Below are positions 13,700-26,315 of a stretch of DNA of 64,000 nt, one piece after another (the first letter of the stretch is position 1; each line of letters begins with the position of its first letter). The stretch is taken from assembly GCA_013239625.1 (NCBI GenBank), contig MU053881.1, positions 13,530,879 through 13,594,878 of the forward strand. The letters run 5' to 3'. The notes beneath the pieces are model-generated. The model was not told the origin of the DNA. It worked only from the letters and a program-made list of their open reading frames with translations, and made no database searches. A program made the position numbers and the translations under genes. Origin of the DNA: Lama guanicoe. Lineage: Eukaryota.

Positions 13700-14165
13700 C
13701 TGTTTTCCCTGGGAACTCTTTACCACTTCCATGAACATCAGATCCTAGTGAGCTTTTACTCCCAGCAGCTGGAACTTTCCTCCCTTCATTAGAGCACTGC
13801 CTTCAGGCTTCCTGAGAAAACTTTCTGCAAACTGAGAAAATCAGAATTATAACCCCCATCCCCATCCCCACCCCCAGGAAGCCATGGGCCAGTGACTAAG
13901 GATTCATGGTATAAACACTCCAGCTTTTTAGGCTTCTGATACCCACAGCCCTGAGTGACGGTTGCCCAATCTCCAGAGCTCCCCTATACCGTGGACCAAA
14001 GGAACCCTCGGTAGGACTCTGATATCTCACCCCTGCTTGGCCTTCTTCCACTTCCAGTCTCACTTCCTCACTTGACAACTTGTTTTTCTTCTAAACGTTT
14101 CCTAGTGCACCGCTTTCACATGAAGCCTCATCTCAGAACTGCTTCTGGGAAACCCAGTTTGAGAC
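13700..14165 (+). mobile_element. Old ERVL-type LTR remnant
   Basis: The 3' end CTCATCTCAGAACTGCTTCTGGGAAACCCAGTTTGAGAC resembles LTR16/LTR33-class ends; 5' boundary uncertain. Confidence 0.4.
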
Positions 14166-14319
14166 TTGAGACAGCGGATCAGAGACTTCTTTGGAATTTT
14201 GCTAAAAACCATGGCTTCTCTTCAGAAAAGAAAAAAAGTATTCTCTTATTCATGCAATGTTATTTACTTAATCCGTAGATCTCAATTTAAGAATCTAAAG
14301 TAACTTCTTGTTCTTAAAT

Positions 14320-14830
14320 TCATTCATTCCTTCAAAAGAGTCTGCTCTATACCTGTCATCCTTGTCATTCCTGACAACACTGGAGTGAACAAAACCAACC
14401 AGAACCTTGCATCTGAGAAGTTGATCTTCACATGGAGGAAAATGATAATGAAGGGTAAGAAAAAGCTCAGGGAATGGTAAGTGTTAGGATTATTAAAACA
14501 GATAGCTAGTGAGCAACTACCTTATGTCTGATGAGGAGAGGAGATCTCTGGGAGGATGAGGCATTTAGGCTGAAATTGGAATGACAAACAGGAGCTAGCC
14601 TGAGCCAGCCTTATACAGATCAAGGGTGGTGATGCAGGCTGAGAGGACAACCAGTGCAAAATCTCGAAGTAGGGAGCTTGGTTAAGTCTGAGAATCAAAA
14701 AGGTCTGAGTGTCTAAAGCATAGTATGCCAAGTAGAGAATGGTGCGAGATGAAGCTGACAAAGTACTCAGGCACCTGATGATAGAGGGTCAGAGTGAGGA
14801 GGTGGGATTTTGTTCTAGGTGAAAAGGGGA
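14320..14830 (-). mobile_element. L2 fragment
   Basis: TTCATTCATTCC start followed by a purine-rich antisense L2 body. Confidence 0.6.
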
Positions 14831-17429
14831 GTAACGAGCATCAGTGCTGGTCTTCGGGAACGTTTCACTGTTCAGTGCTACAGTGTGGCGTTTGGACTCT
14901 GTATTGTAATCGGTTCCATTTTTACCACCTCTTTACTTCTCTTTCTTCACATAGCCCTTCCTTCTCACCTGCCTATAATTTTATTGGTCCCTGGTTCTTC
15001 CAAGCTAAGTCTTCCCCTCCAGGGAGAAAGAAAAAAAAAAGTAATGACCTGATGAGTAACTGTATAAACTAAAAGTCATCTCTGAAGGACCCTAACTCCA
15101 TGAATGATGAAAATTTCCCTGAATATTTACACAGATAAAATGAACCAATCTTGACCTCTAACTAGGTCTAGAATTAGACTTCTAATCAGAGGATAATCCC
15201 TTTAAGGCGATAAAATCTTAGAGCATCCAGGATGTGTTCCTGCTATCTTCACTTTTATTTACATTGAGTGGGATGGAAATTTGAATTGATGGCCATTGTT
15301 AGCTTTGATTTCATATGGGTTTAATTTCAAAGAAAAAAGCTACAGATTCTCATTTGCTTCAGTCCCTCAGATTCAGTGGAAGGCTGTCTAAAAGCACAGT
15401 AGATAGGAACAGAATCTCCAATTCAAGCGAAAAAAAAAAAAGTCACAATATGGCTTCTGAAACTTTTTTTATTCCAGCTCTTTCACTGGCACCATCATAG
15501 TTATTCTACAGCTCATGCCCCTTAACAGGAAAGGAGCCTTTCTGACAAAGCAAGCTTGATAAGACAGCTGGAGTTTCTTGGAGAATGTTGACCAAAGTAA
15601 TTACTCTATTTCTGACAGCAGCTGTAAAGTTTCTGTTGCTAGGAATTTAACCCCCAACTAACTGAATCCAACTAACTGAATTTATATTTTTGCTGACACA
15701 CACATGAGGATATTACTTTAAAAATATGAGCTATTTAGAATTGGATTAAGAGCATAATGATTTCTTCCTTGATACCCTAGCTTCAAAAGCACTGCAAAAG
15801 TATTTTATATAGCAGATGAAGCAAAAGTGACTCTCTTCAGTGGTCTGCTTGTCCCTGCTCTGGTTTCCATAGTTGCAGGTACCCCTAACATCTAGCCCAC
15901 TAGGCAAGCAACAAGACATAAGCTGCTTTTAGAGACTATTAAGCTTGACACAATAGGAAGGTAACATAGACCAAAATGCAGTACCTGCTCTGATCCCCAG
16001 ATTGCTAACATTAGATCTAAAATTTCTGTCTCCTACATCATCAAAAGTTATTGTTGTCCAACAACCAGCTGCCACGTATTTGCTGAGTACTGTTTGTAAG
16101 ATACTAAAGACTAATGGATTACAAAGAAATATAAAACACGATTTCTGTCTTCAGAGTTTATGCTACAGATGCAGCCCTGAGCTATGTGGAAAAGTAACTA
16201 TCTCGAGTAGCTAATAAATTCACAGGCATTGCCATGATCAAGTGTCTTGTATTTAGAGCCTGGCTGCTGTGCAGAAGGCTTCTGAATAATATTCAGATAA
16301 GCGACGTGCACCACGTTGTTTTAGGGATTTTGCTGATGTCCAACTGCGAGAATGCAATGCTGCATTGATTAAAGTGGAACTGTTCACGGGAGTCTTAATA
16401 GTTGTAGGTGAGCAGGTAGGTATAGGAGCAAACATTTACTGATCAGACACTACATGCCACGTGCTTTACACCGATTACTCCTGGCGCTCTCAGCCATCCT
16501 AGGAAGGAAGCGCTATGAACCACGTTTTTACAGAGGAGAACTCTCAGGCTCTCAGACATCCCAAATTAGGAATTCAACCAGAATCACCAGTCGGGACTTC
16601 CTTGCCCTCGCCATGATGCCCTGAAACACATCCAGGTAGGCTTTAGGGAGGAGACTGGATCAAAAAAAAGTTTGGCACGTGTGGAACCTGATTAAATCAC
16701 CGAGCCCTAAAGGCAGTATGCATTTATTTTCTGTAAATCAACCTAAAACCTTTGTTCACAGTTCTCCAGCAAGTGGGACCTCACATCGGTTATTTTTATT
16801 CCCCCTCTGGTCATTTGTACGGAGGTTGTGAGTTTGTAAAAAAAAAGAATAATGGGCAGGAAGCAGTCTCCCCTCTTTCAATGAGTAAGATTTTCCAGTT
16901 TACAGGCCGACCTTGGGGTGCTGGCATCTCTGGCAAGGTTGGGAGCTCTGGTGCTAGGGTTCCAGCGCCCGAGGGACAACTCGCAACTATCCTCTCCGGC
17001 CTGTGGCCCTCTCCGACCTCCATCCCATTTCCAGGCAGGGGGTTCTCCAGCTGCTGCTGCTTCTCAAAGAGCCAGACTGTCTCCTGCCTCCCCCACCCCA
17101 AGAAACCCAGCACAATTCTTCTCAATGGCTTATGCCTCAAGAAAGCAAAAATCAGACTAGGATGTGTCTTGCAAGTCACCTTTTTTTTTTAGCCCAGAAG
17201 CAGAAATTGCTCCTGAGACAAGGAGACACACAGGGTCATCCTATCCTTGTGAAATGCATGGAGAATGGGAAGGGACCATGAGGAAAGAAAGCAAATGGGT
17301 ATCTCATGGAATCACTGTATCCCATAAGCATCACAGACAAGTAGGCAAGTGACAGGCCAAGAGGGCTAGACAGGGCATTCTAGTTCACCTGAGATTTTAC
17401 AAGCCTGCGCGTAGAGCCTTGTTGCCCAC

Positions 17430-17607
17430 GCGTGGTTCTACCACCAGCGACAACTGTTTGAGTTTGTCAGAAATGTAGAACCTCACCGTGATCCAGCCCC
17501 AGACTAATGAACACTAATAAACGTGTTCACTAATAAATGCTGCTAAGTATATATTTTAACAAGGTTTCTGGGGGCTATGTATGCATATTACAGTTTGAGA
17601 AGCACCA
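17430..17607. mobile_element. MER5-like fragment
   Basis: AGAAATGTAGAACCTCA...TTTTAACAAG...AGTTTGAGAAGCAC. Confidence 0.55.
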
Positions 17608-18326
17608 GCATAGAAGGCAAAAAGCACAGTGTATGTTTAAGTACAGTCAATAGATCATGTGGCTAAAACCGAGGATTTGTGCGAGAGAAAAAGTGTGACA
17701 TGGTGGCTAGAAATGGTGGCTGAGCCAGCCGGCACAGAGACTTGACAGCCATGTTTAAGGAATGAGGTATTTCCCTGTAGTCATAGGGATCCACCAGAAT
17801 TTTTTGCACTGAAGAACAACACATTGGAAGGATGACTTAGGGAGATTTTTCCAGCAATATTGGAAGAAGGAGGATCTGTAGTCTTAAATTGTCTCTGTTA
17901 AGATCCCCCCTTCATGTCCATCAGACACTTTCAAGCAGACACGGGCTTTTTCAGGCTGCTGGGAGGCTATTACATGTACTAACACTCACCATGCAAAGAT
18001 GTTCCTTTTAATAACTTGAAAGAGTGATTTTAGCTTTTGGTGTCACTGGGTTCTGCAAAGAGGCAGCGGGAGCTGTAATCCCAGGGATAAGAGAGGTTGG
18101 ATGTTCATGGCCACTTAGAAACTAACACCAAGTGGACAGAAAATGTAGGGCAAACAGGGTCCTGGGAACACAGTAGACGCATCTTTCAGGTTCCTGAACG
18201 CTGCAGCCTGCACCTTCCTTCACCTGCCCTTTGGCGGTTTCACCACTTATTTGAATTCTCACCTGAGGTAGTTCAAGATGCGCCGTGGAGCTCGATGCTG
18301 TCATCCTCCTGAAACAGCCTCTAGGT

Positions 18327-18455
18327 CAGTGGTTGGCTGCCATCACTGCACATTAGAATCACCTGGGGAGCTTCAACGCTTCCCGCCGCCCAGCCATATC
18401 CCCAGACCGATCGAACAATTATTCCCGGTACTTCTAACAATCGTCCAGGTGTAGC
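18327..18455. mobile_element. MER5A-like fragment
   Basis: CAGTGGTT...CTGCACATTAGAATCACCTGGGGAGCTT...CCCCAGACC. Confidence 0.65.
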
Positions 18456-19099
18456 TAGAGTCAAGTAAATGCCTTCCAACTGGACATTACAGTAAAAGAG
18501 CAAATACTCTTCCGGTTCAGTGCGTGGGGTGAAATATAATGGTTGCCTTTTGTTAAGTCCATGATAGATGACAAACACTGAGATCTGTGTTTCACATGCA
18601 TTATCTGAGGCTCAAAGAAAAGAGTGCACTTGCTTATACTCAGGAAGCAGTCCAGCCAGGATTCAACTTAAGGGAGAAAGACTTGGAGCCTGATCCTTGG
18701 TCCAAATCACAGATTCTGAGAATTCTTTGTGAATTCATTCATCCTTCCTACCCTGAACCAAGGCTCCTGAATACAAAGTATTTTTTTAATATTCTGAAAA
18801 TAATGTATTCTGTGATTCAGTTTGTATATGCTCAGATATGGTTTGGCATGATGGGTCATTTCTAAATGCTATCAGTATATAGTGTGGTGCCTTGGGTGTT
18901 GCAGGCATTCGATACCTGCTTTGTCTTAAGTGATGAATACGGGAATTCGTGGGACTTTGTAAAAGAATACAGAGGCATCTGATTAAATCAATCCTATCAC
19001 GCCAATCAGCGTGGCTATATCTTTTTAACAGCCATTGTCAGTAGCTCCACCTCATTTGGTTCACCTACTAAATATGGACAAGTCTCTGTATTTTCCGTC

Positions 19100-19545
19100 T
19101 GACCTGCTGACTTGACTCAGCCACACTGGAGTTCCTCAGCCTCGTCAGTGTTTTTCTTATATCCGAACAGGGGAGATGCCACATTTGCTGTTCTCTCCAC
19201 TGGACTCAGCTCCTCCTCTCCCCTCTTTCCACCCTGACACCATCACTGCCACTCAGTGCCTGGGTAACACCTTCAGATTCCAATTTAAATGTGATTTTTT
19301 AACAGCATATAATGATTTCTCAACACCCCCTCTTCCCATTATTTCCCTGCACTATTCCCCTTCCTTTCTTAAAACACATTATCACAACTTGCTTTTATGT
19401 ATCTACTTGTAGGTTTATTTATAGATCGACTGGTTCCCTACTAAAATGTGTCTTCCTTGAGCAAAGGGTAATGTCTTGCTTTGCACTGTATTTCCAGCAC
19501 CTAAAAGTACCTGGCACACAATAGGTGCTCACTGTAAGCACTGAA
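19100..19545 (+). mobile_element. L2 3' fragment
   Basis: TTCCAGCACCTAAAAGTACCTGGCACACAATAGGTGCTCA. Confidence 0.65.
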
Positions 19546-19637
19546 TATTAAGTGTTTTTAAGTAGGCAGTTTCATTTCTAAAAATAACACTGTGTTTTTC
19601 TTAATTCCCATTCTTATAAGGGAGCTCGTTATATATA

Positions 19638-20456
19638 CAGCAGCCCCCACTTATCCATGGTTTCCCTTTCAGCAGGTTTAGTTACCCTTGGTCAACGGCG
19701 GTCCAAAAATACTGAATGAAAAATTCTAGAAGTAAATCATTCATAAATTTTAAATCATGCACTATTTTGAATAGTGTGATGAAATCTCATGCCATCCCGT
19801 TGTGTCCCGCCCTGGAGGTGTATTGTCCCTTTGTCCAGCACATCCCGTCCATTAGTCACTTAGCAGCCATCTGGGTTACCAGATCGACTATCACAGTATT
19901 CGCGATTATTTTACTTAATAATGGCCCTAAAGCACAAGAGTAGTGGTGCAGGCGATTCAGATCTGCCAAAGAGAAGCTGTGAAGTGCTTCCTTTAGTTGA
20001 AAAGGTGAAGGTTCTCAACTTAAGACAAGAAAAAAAGTTGTAGGTGATGTTGGTAAAATCTATGGTTAAAAATAGACCTTCTATCTATGAAATTGTGAAT
20101 AAAAAAATAAATTCATGCTAATTCTAAACAATCACAGTCTAAACTGTAAACGTTATGACCACTGGTACCTGATAAGTACTTAGTTACAATGGAAGAGGCA
20201 TTCAATTTATATGATAAGGTATTCTGAGAGAGACCACATTCACATAACTTTTATTATAGTACATTGTTATAATTATCATATTTTATTATTAGTTACTGTT
20301 GTTAATTTCTTACCGTGCCTAATTTATAAATTAAAGTTTATCATTGGTGTGTACGTATAGGAAAAAACAATATATATAGGATTTGGCACTATCTTTGGCT
20401 TCAGGCATTCACTGGGGTCTTGGAACGTATCACCTGAGGATAAGGGGGTACCACTA
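19638..20456. mobile_element. MER44/Tigger7-type TcMar DNA transposon (non-autonomous)
   Basis: Degenerate TIRs CAGCAGCCCCCACTTATCC ... GGATAAGGGGGTACCACTA, each flanked by TA. Internal sequence resembles MER44. Confidence 0.85.
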
Positions 20457-21170
20457 TAATTGTGTTTTCTCACTTTAGTGTTTTCAAGTGTTGCTTAAAA
20501 ATAAACAGTCAACTCAATATGCAGTATTTCCATTCTGTAGCCTACTAGTTTTTATTTTTTTTTGAAACCCATTGAATTGTAGGAAGTCAGTGAGAGTCCA
20601 TGTAAATGCAAGAATATTGCCCAGAGGGATAAAGAAATCAGGGGGTGAGTCCATTTTGAGATAGGAATTTTGTGACATGTCCTGTTAATCTAGGGAAAGA
20701 ATATTTTACTTCTGTCAACTTCCTGGAATTTTTCAAGAAGTTTTTAAAGAACTGGTTAATTTTCACATATAATTACACTACTCTCTTCCAGTAATTCACC
20801 TTAAGAGATGTACAGTGATGACTCAGACTCCGTATTTGTTTGCACAGCAGATTCCATTCAGTGCAGAACCAGTGTGTACTCCCCACAACTTTCTATGGGT
20901 TTTTTTTTTCCTGATTTTTATAATCTGTCTATTCATTTAGTCAGTTTACTTCAACGAGCTCTGTTAACATGCCTACAACGCGCCTTACCAGTGCTCCTTG
21001 CTATTGGAATGCAAAAGAAACCTCTTACAAAGTATTCAAAGAACTAACCATATCAAGATTAGAGGATAAAACCCATGATTTGGAGTAGGGGAGAGATCGA
21101 AGTGGAAAAGCATAGGAGACGGTAATAAAGTGAGATTCGAGCATACAAGGACCTCACTTTAGTATTGCCG

Positions 21171-21350
21171 CATGTGACAAGCCCACAGCTAACATCGTAC
21201 TCAATGGTGAAAGGTTGAAAGCTTCCCCGTCAAGATCAGAAACAAAATAAGGGTGCCCGCTTTGACCACTGCTATAGTACTATGCAACATAGCACTAGAA
21301 GTCCTAGCCAGAGCAATCGGGCAAGAAAAAGAAATAAAAGGCATCCACAT
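21171..21350 (+). mobile_element. Isolated L1 ORF2 reverse-transcriptase core fragment
   Basis: Degenerate coding for DKPTANIVLNGERLKASP-RS-T--GCPL...LEVLARAIGQEKEIKGIHI, with stop codons and an insertion. Confidence 0.85.
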
Positions 21351-21599
21351 AGCTTACTTAAATGACAACCAGCTTGGAAATCATCTGAACTTTGTTTAAA
21401 TTCTGGTTGATATTTATTAACTTTGTCAGTTTCCACAGGCACATCAGTAGTTACCTTGATGAGTAGTTTTAAGGATTAAAAGATGCAACGTGTCTCATAT
21501 AACACTTCTCAAAAATGTACAACTGTTATCTCTGATTAGTGTAAGAAAAGAGCAGTATTAAATTAACAAAGATTCATGGAGAAGGAGAGGTTTGAAACT

Positions 21600-22080
21600 G
21601 AGTCATCCATTCAGTATACATTTTATTTTAGCCCTATTATGTGTCAGATCCTTTGGATACTGTGTTGAAGAAAATAGACATGATTTCTTGAATTCTAGGT
21701 TTTAATAGGGGAAAACAGACAATAAGCAAATTAAAGGATATAGTTCAGAAGAAAAGACCATGGAAGGCTGTAATGTGATAGAAAGAGACTTGGCTGGAGT
21801 TGGAGAAGCACAGGGGCAGACACTCTGAGCAGGTCATGTGTGAGATGAGACCTGGACATGCAGCTCACCACAGGAGGATCTGGAGGAAGCATGTTTCAGG
21901 CAGAGGGACGGAAAGGGCAAAGCTCAGAGGCAGGATCCTGCTTGGTGTGGATGGCCAGCGTAAATGGAGGGCATGGAGGAGAGAAAGTCATTGAGGTGAG
22001 GTTCCAGAAGTAATTCTGGGCTTTTAACAGTGAGCTCCTGGAAGACCATGGAGCAAGAGGATTTGATTAGATGGACCTGT
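21600..22080 (-). mobile_element. L2 fragment
   Basis: Antisense L2 motifs (GGAAGCATGTTTCAGGCAGAGGGAC). Confidence 0.55.
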
Positions 22081-23379
22081 TGCATTGCTTCAAGTTTTGC
22101 CAGTAAATTACCACCGAAGGGAAAAACTGAATCCCAAGCAATGAGACAAGGAAAAATGAGCATGGCTGAAAATATAAAGTCATCATTTGTCTAAGTTTTT
22201 CAATTAAGCAAAGGAAATTCAATGCCATGGTTACTAGTTTTACTTAAAAGGTACCTATGGACTGTCAACAGAAGTTCATCACCAATCCTAATGCCTTCCA
22301 GGGCTTGTTTCTTCTCTTTGGATTCAGTTTTCTTCCTAATCAAATCTTAGTCAGACAATTGTGAAAAATCGAGTTCTTACTCCAAATGCATTATATTCTA
22401 CATGGAGAACCCTCCTAAAAATAAAGCATTAGGGAGGCAGAATTTATATATTTAAACAGCCTGTCTGCTTCGAACTTTTTATATTATTCATCAAGAGACC
22501 TTTTAGTTTTTTCCTCTTTTTTTCCTTACACTTTTCCAATCTCAGAGGCAGCTTCAGTGGTTTACATATCTGGAATCCACATGCATAGTATTAAAACGTG
22601 GTGAGGAGTATTATATGCCTCTTTCTAAGCGAGTGGTTATTATTTAAATAATAGATATTTTCCTGATATCCTGTCCCTTCGCTTTCTTTAAATCAATTTG
22701 CTAGAAAAAATAAAATTTTGGAACTTCCCTAAATTATCAGAACTTTTTCTTTTATCAGATTATAACAGCACCATTTTATAATGCACCTTTTTTTTAAAGT
22801 TTATAGTGGATTGCCAACAAGCTTCCCACTGCTTACCCACATTATACTCAGTCTTCCACCCACAAAGTCATAGAAAAGATAACTGATCTCCTGGATCTCT
22901 GTTTCCGATATGCATGTGAAAAGAAATGAGCTAATGTATGTTAGGCTAGGCACAGTGCTCAACACAGAGTAGGTGCTCAATAAATGAGGATTCCTTTTCC
23001 ATAGTCCAGAAATTTTCTGCTTGAGTCAGGTTGCCTTACATCTTATATACTAATGAAAGATGCTGGCGTTAATAGATCTTTCTACCCTGTCTTAGTCCAG
23101 GTATTGTTTTGGACATCACAAACTTGTCCCCAAATCCCTGAACTCTATCAAGCTTCTGAGCAGGATAAATGTTTATTTCTCTACCTTGATGACTGATATC
23201 ACCAATTTATTCTGGGCCTTGTGGACAAAATTCCTGTATCTTCACCCTGTTGATCTAGATTCATCACGAAGATTCATTTCCACTTGGCAATCTACCTCTT
23301 CCTTGAATCACAATTAATATTTGAGATTTTTTTCAATTGCCTTCACCATTTGGGTTCTTGTGTAGGATTAAAACAAGAA

Positions 23380-23590
23380 ACAGGCTGACCTGAGTTGGAA
23401 TCTTTATAATATGATTAACTGGTCAAGTGGCCTTGGGCAAGTCCCTTAACTTTTTCCAACCCTCGTATTCTTTTCTGAAAATTGTAGGCGGTAAACCCAA
23501 CCCCAGAGACAAATGTGAAAATTAAATGAAGTAAAGCATATTAAGCACTTAGTGCAGTGGCTACCACAATTATGTTCTCAGGCAGTTAGT
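23380..23590 (+). mobile_element. MIR
   Basis: CCTTGGGCAAGTCCCTTAAC...ATTAAATGAAGTAAAGCATATTAAGCACTTAG. Confidence 0.65.
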
Positions 23591-23603
23591 TAACAATGGC
23601 AAT

Positions 23604-23606
<3 letters not shown>

Positions 23607-23646
<40 letters not shown>

Positions 23647-23654
23647 TCACACAC
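23607..23654. repeat. (AC)18 microsatellite with an imperfect extension
   Basis: Perfect AC run 23607-23642, then TCACTCACACAC. Confidence 0.95.
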
Positions 23655-24127
23655 AGACAAAGGGAGACAGAGGAAGTGGTTTAATCATATTTCAGACCCA
23701 AACGCTATTACCAATGGTAATGTTAGGAAATCTGACCTGGGCAGAATAAGGAATGTTATCACCCACTTTACCTACAGGAAGAAGGGAGTTAAATTACAGC
23801 TCTAATGGCCAGAACCAGGGATTTGAGTCAAGTTCATTTGATATGATTGTCAAAGCATTGTGAGGTGCAAAATATTTACCAGAAAAGAAAAAAGAATAAA
23901 GGAACAGGAATTCAGATCAGCGACCCCTACTCCTCCATGATCTAAATCCTACTAATTATTTAAAAAAGATAAATTGAAAAGTGTCTCTCCATCCTCTCCT
24001 TTTTGGGATGTTCCCTTCTTCCTCAGCTTACATCAGTATATGCACTTTTTCCATCCAAATGAGTGTTCACTTCAATGGAAAAGGATACACAAATGTATTT
24101 TGAGGGAATTTATGTAAAATGGGTTCT

Positions 24128-24133
24128 AAAACC

Positions 24134-24165
<32 letters not shown>

Positions 24166-24192
24166 CAACAAAAAAAAGAAACAAACAAAAAA
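24128..24192. repeat. A-rich / (GAAAA)n tract
   Basis: Poly-A followed by GAAAA and AAAC units. Confidence 0.85.
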
Positions 24193-24709
24193 TAGGTTCT
24201 GCTGCTGATGCACTGTAACACTGTGGATTGTCAAAAGTAAAATTGCCTACTCTTGGCATCGTCATTCATCATGTTGCCTAAGCAGAACTGCAATCTCAGA
24301 GGAAGTGGGAAGGGGATGAGAAGTGAGAAGTGACATAAAATGATTAGTTCCGCTCCACAGACGCAGAACGCTGGCATGTGAGGACCAAGTCAAGCATCTT
24401 AGTTGTGAATTTGTTTGTGAACATGTCTGTGATTTACACCATGAGGAAAAGAAAAATGAAAAGAACATGTAACCACATTTTAGGACTGCCTGTGATGGTG
24501 AAAAAATAAGCAGGCTGCATTTTTTTTTAACTTGGTGTTATTGTCTTAACAACTTCGTTGAACCTGCAGACGCCCCCGCCGCACACTTCCACATGTGTTC
24601 CTGTTAATGTTAAGCCTGCTACTAACGACAAAATAAACACAGCATAGTTACTAGGAGTCAGAAAAATGTGACATTCATTTTCATTATGCCCTCCCCAAAT
24701 CACTGTGCT

Positions 24710-24868
24710 TAAAAGTGCTAATGCCGGACACAGACTGGCTGAATGTGAATCTCAGCCCTGTCATTACTTGTCCTGGAAACTGGGGCAAGTTACTTGACCT
24801 TACTTTGTCTCAGTTTCCTCATCGGACTCAAAAAGTGTGGAGGATGATCATAGACCTACTTCATAGGC
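24710..24868 (+). mobile_element. MIR
   Basis: TGGGGCAAGTTACTTGACCT...CTCAGTTTCCTCATC. Confidence 0.7.
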
Positions 24869-25011
24869 TACTCAATTCTGTAGTTGTAGCGAGAAAGCAA
24901 GCCTGGACAGTATCTGAACTAATGAGCATGGCTGTGTTCTAATTAAACTTTATTTATAAAACAGGAGGCAGGGCTGGATTTGGCGAGTGATTCACAGTCT
25001 GCCAACCCCTG
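24869..25011. mobile_element. MER58-like hAT-Charlie fragment
   Basis: GGCTGTGTTCTAATTAAACTTTATTTATAAAACAGG...GCCAACCCCTG. Confidence 0.7.
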
Positions 25012-25914
25012 GTTGAGCTCACAGAATGTAAGGTCTGGGAGGAACTTTAGCGGTTACCTAGTTTGACACCTTCATTTTATGTATGAGACAACAAAGAGAC
25101 AGGAAGAGGCTGTAACTTACTGACTTCCTCCTCACACCTCTCCAAAATCACAGAGCTAGTGTTAAAAACAAAACAAAATAAACAAAAAAAACCCTACTAT
25201 TGTTGTCTTACAACTTAGGATATCATTCTCATCTTCAGAGTTCCAATAATGATGTTTTCTTTTCCAGAAGTAAAGATTTCCCCTAGTATGCATCTCAGAG
25301 TTTCCCCTGGTCTTATGGCCCAGAAGCAGACCAAGAGAGGATTCACCAGCAAGTAACAAACAGGTAGGGGAGATAAGACAGCGGAGGGAGGGTAAACTCA
25401 ACAAGGGTGAGGTGTCAAGCAAAAGCCATTCAGAGGGTAAGTTTGAGTCTAACTCCACAAGGGACCTCCGGAGTCTAAGTTGTTTTAAGAATTGCTTTAT
25501 TTCCCGCCGTGAAGTCATTGGTTAATGGGCATCCTGCAGGCTGCAAGCTTTCCAGGTATCTCCCAGTGGGCCAGAGCTGCCACAGCAGCCAGAGGGTAAT
25601 ACATTAAAGAGGCTGCATGCAGGACTGGCCCTAGAATTCACTCCAAAAAATGTGTTCTGTATGTGTGTTGGGCTGGGTAGAGGGTGGGTGTGGATGGAAT
25701 ACAAAAATGATCTAAAGGAATTTGGGCAGAGAACTTCCATTGTCTCCTGCATGACCTTAAGAGCAGGAAAATAAATACATTAACCTGTTTGAAGTTATAG
25801 ACCAGAGATCCTTCCCGCAAGCTAGATATTTAGTTAAAGCTTCTTGCTTTATCTCTAAAAATGTATATGAATTTTGTATTTTACCTTAACATCTCAGGGA
25901 TTACTGGAAGGTCT

Positions 25915-26315
25915 TTCCACGTCTATAAGTTTGTTTTCTCTGCCTGTGAGCCTGTCTCAGTTTTCTAAGTGAGTTCATTTATGTCTTTTTAATTTTTTTA
26001 GATTCCACATATGAGTGATATCATATGGTAGTTTTCTCTCTCTTTCTGGCTTACTTCGCTTATTATGACGATCTCCAGGTCCACCCATGTTGCTGCAAAT
26101 GGCATAATTTTATTCTTTTTTATGGCTGAGTATTCATATATATATATACACCACAACTTCTTCAGCCAGTCATCTGTCAATGGATATTTAGGTTGGTTCC
26201 ACGTCTTGGCTACTCTAAATAGTGCTGCTATAAAAATTGGGGTGTGTGTATCTTTTTGTATTAGAGTTTCCCTCCAGATCCATGCCCAAGAGTGGGATTG
26301 CTGGATCACAGGCTA
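25915..26315 (-). mobile_element. L1 fragment (ORF2 C-terminus plus start of 3'UTR)
   Basis: ORF 25998-26309(-) reads ...KDTHTPIFIAALFRVAKTWNQPKYP...IMPFAATWVDLEIVIISEVSQKERENYHMISLICGI, the L1 ORF2p C-terminus. Confidence 0.92.

Noticed and set aside
16752..17352. Cluster of overlapping ORFs (62-146 aa)
   Set aside because: Moderately GC-rich unique DNA with no homology I recognise and no convincing exon structure.
25998..26309. 103-aa ORF with clear protein homology
   Set aside because: It is the C-terminus of L1 ORF2p in a truncated retrotransposon, not a host gene.
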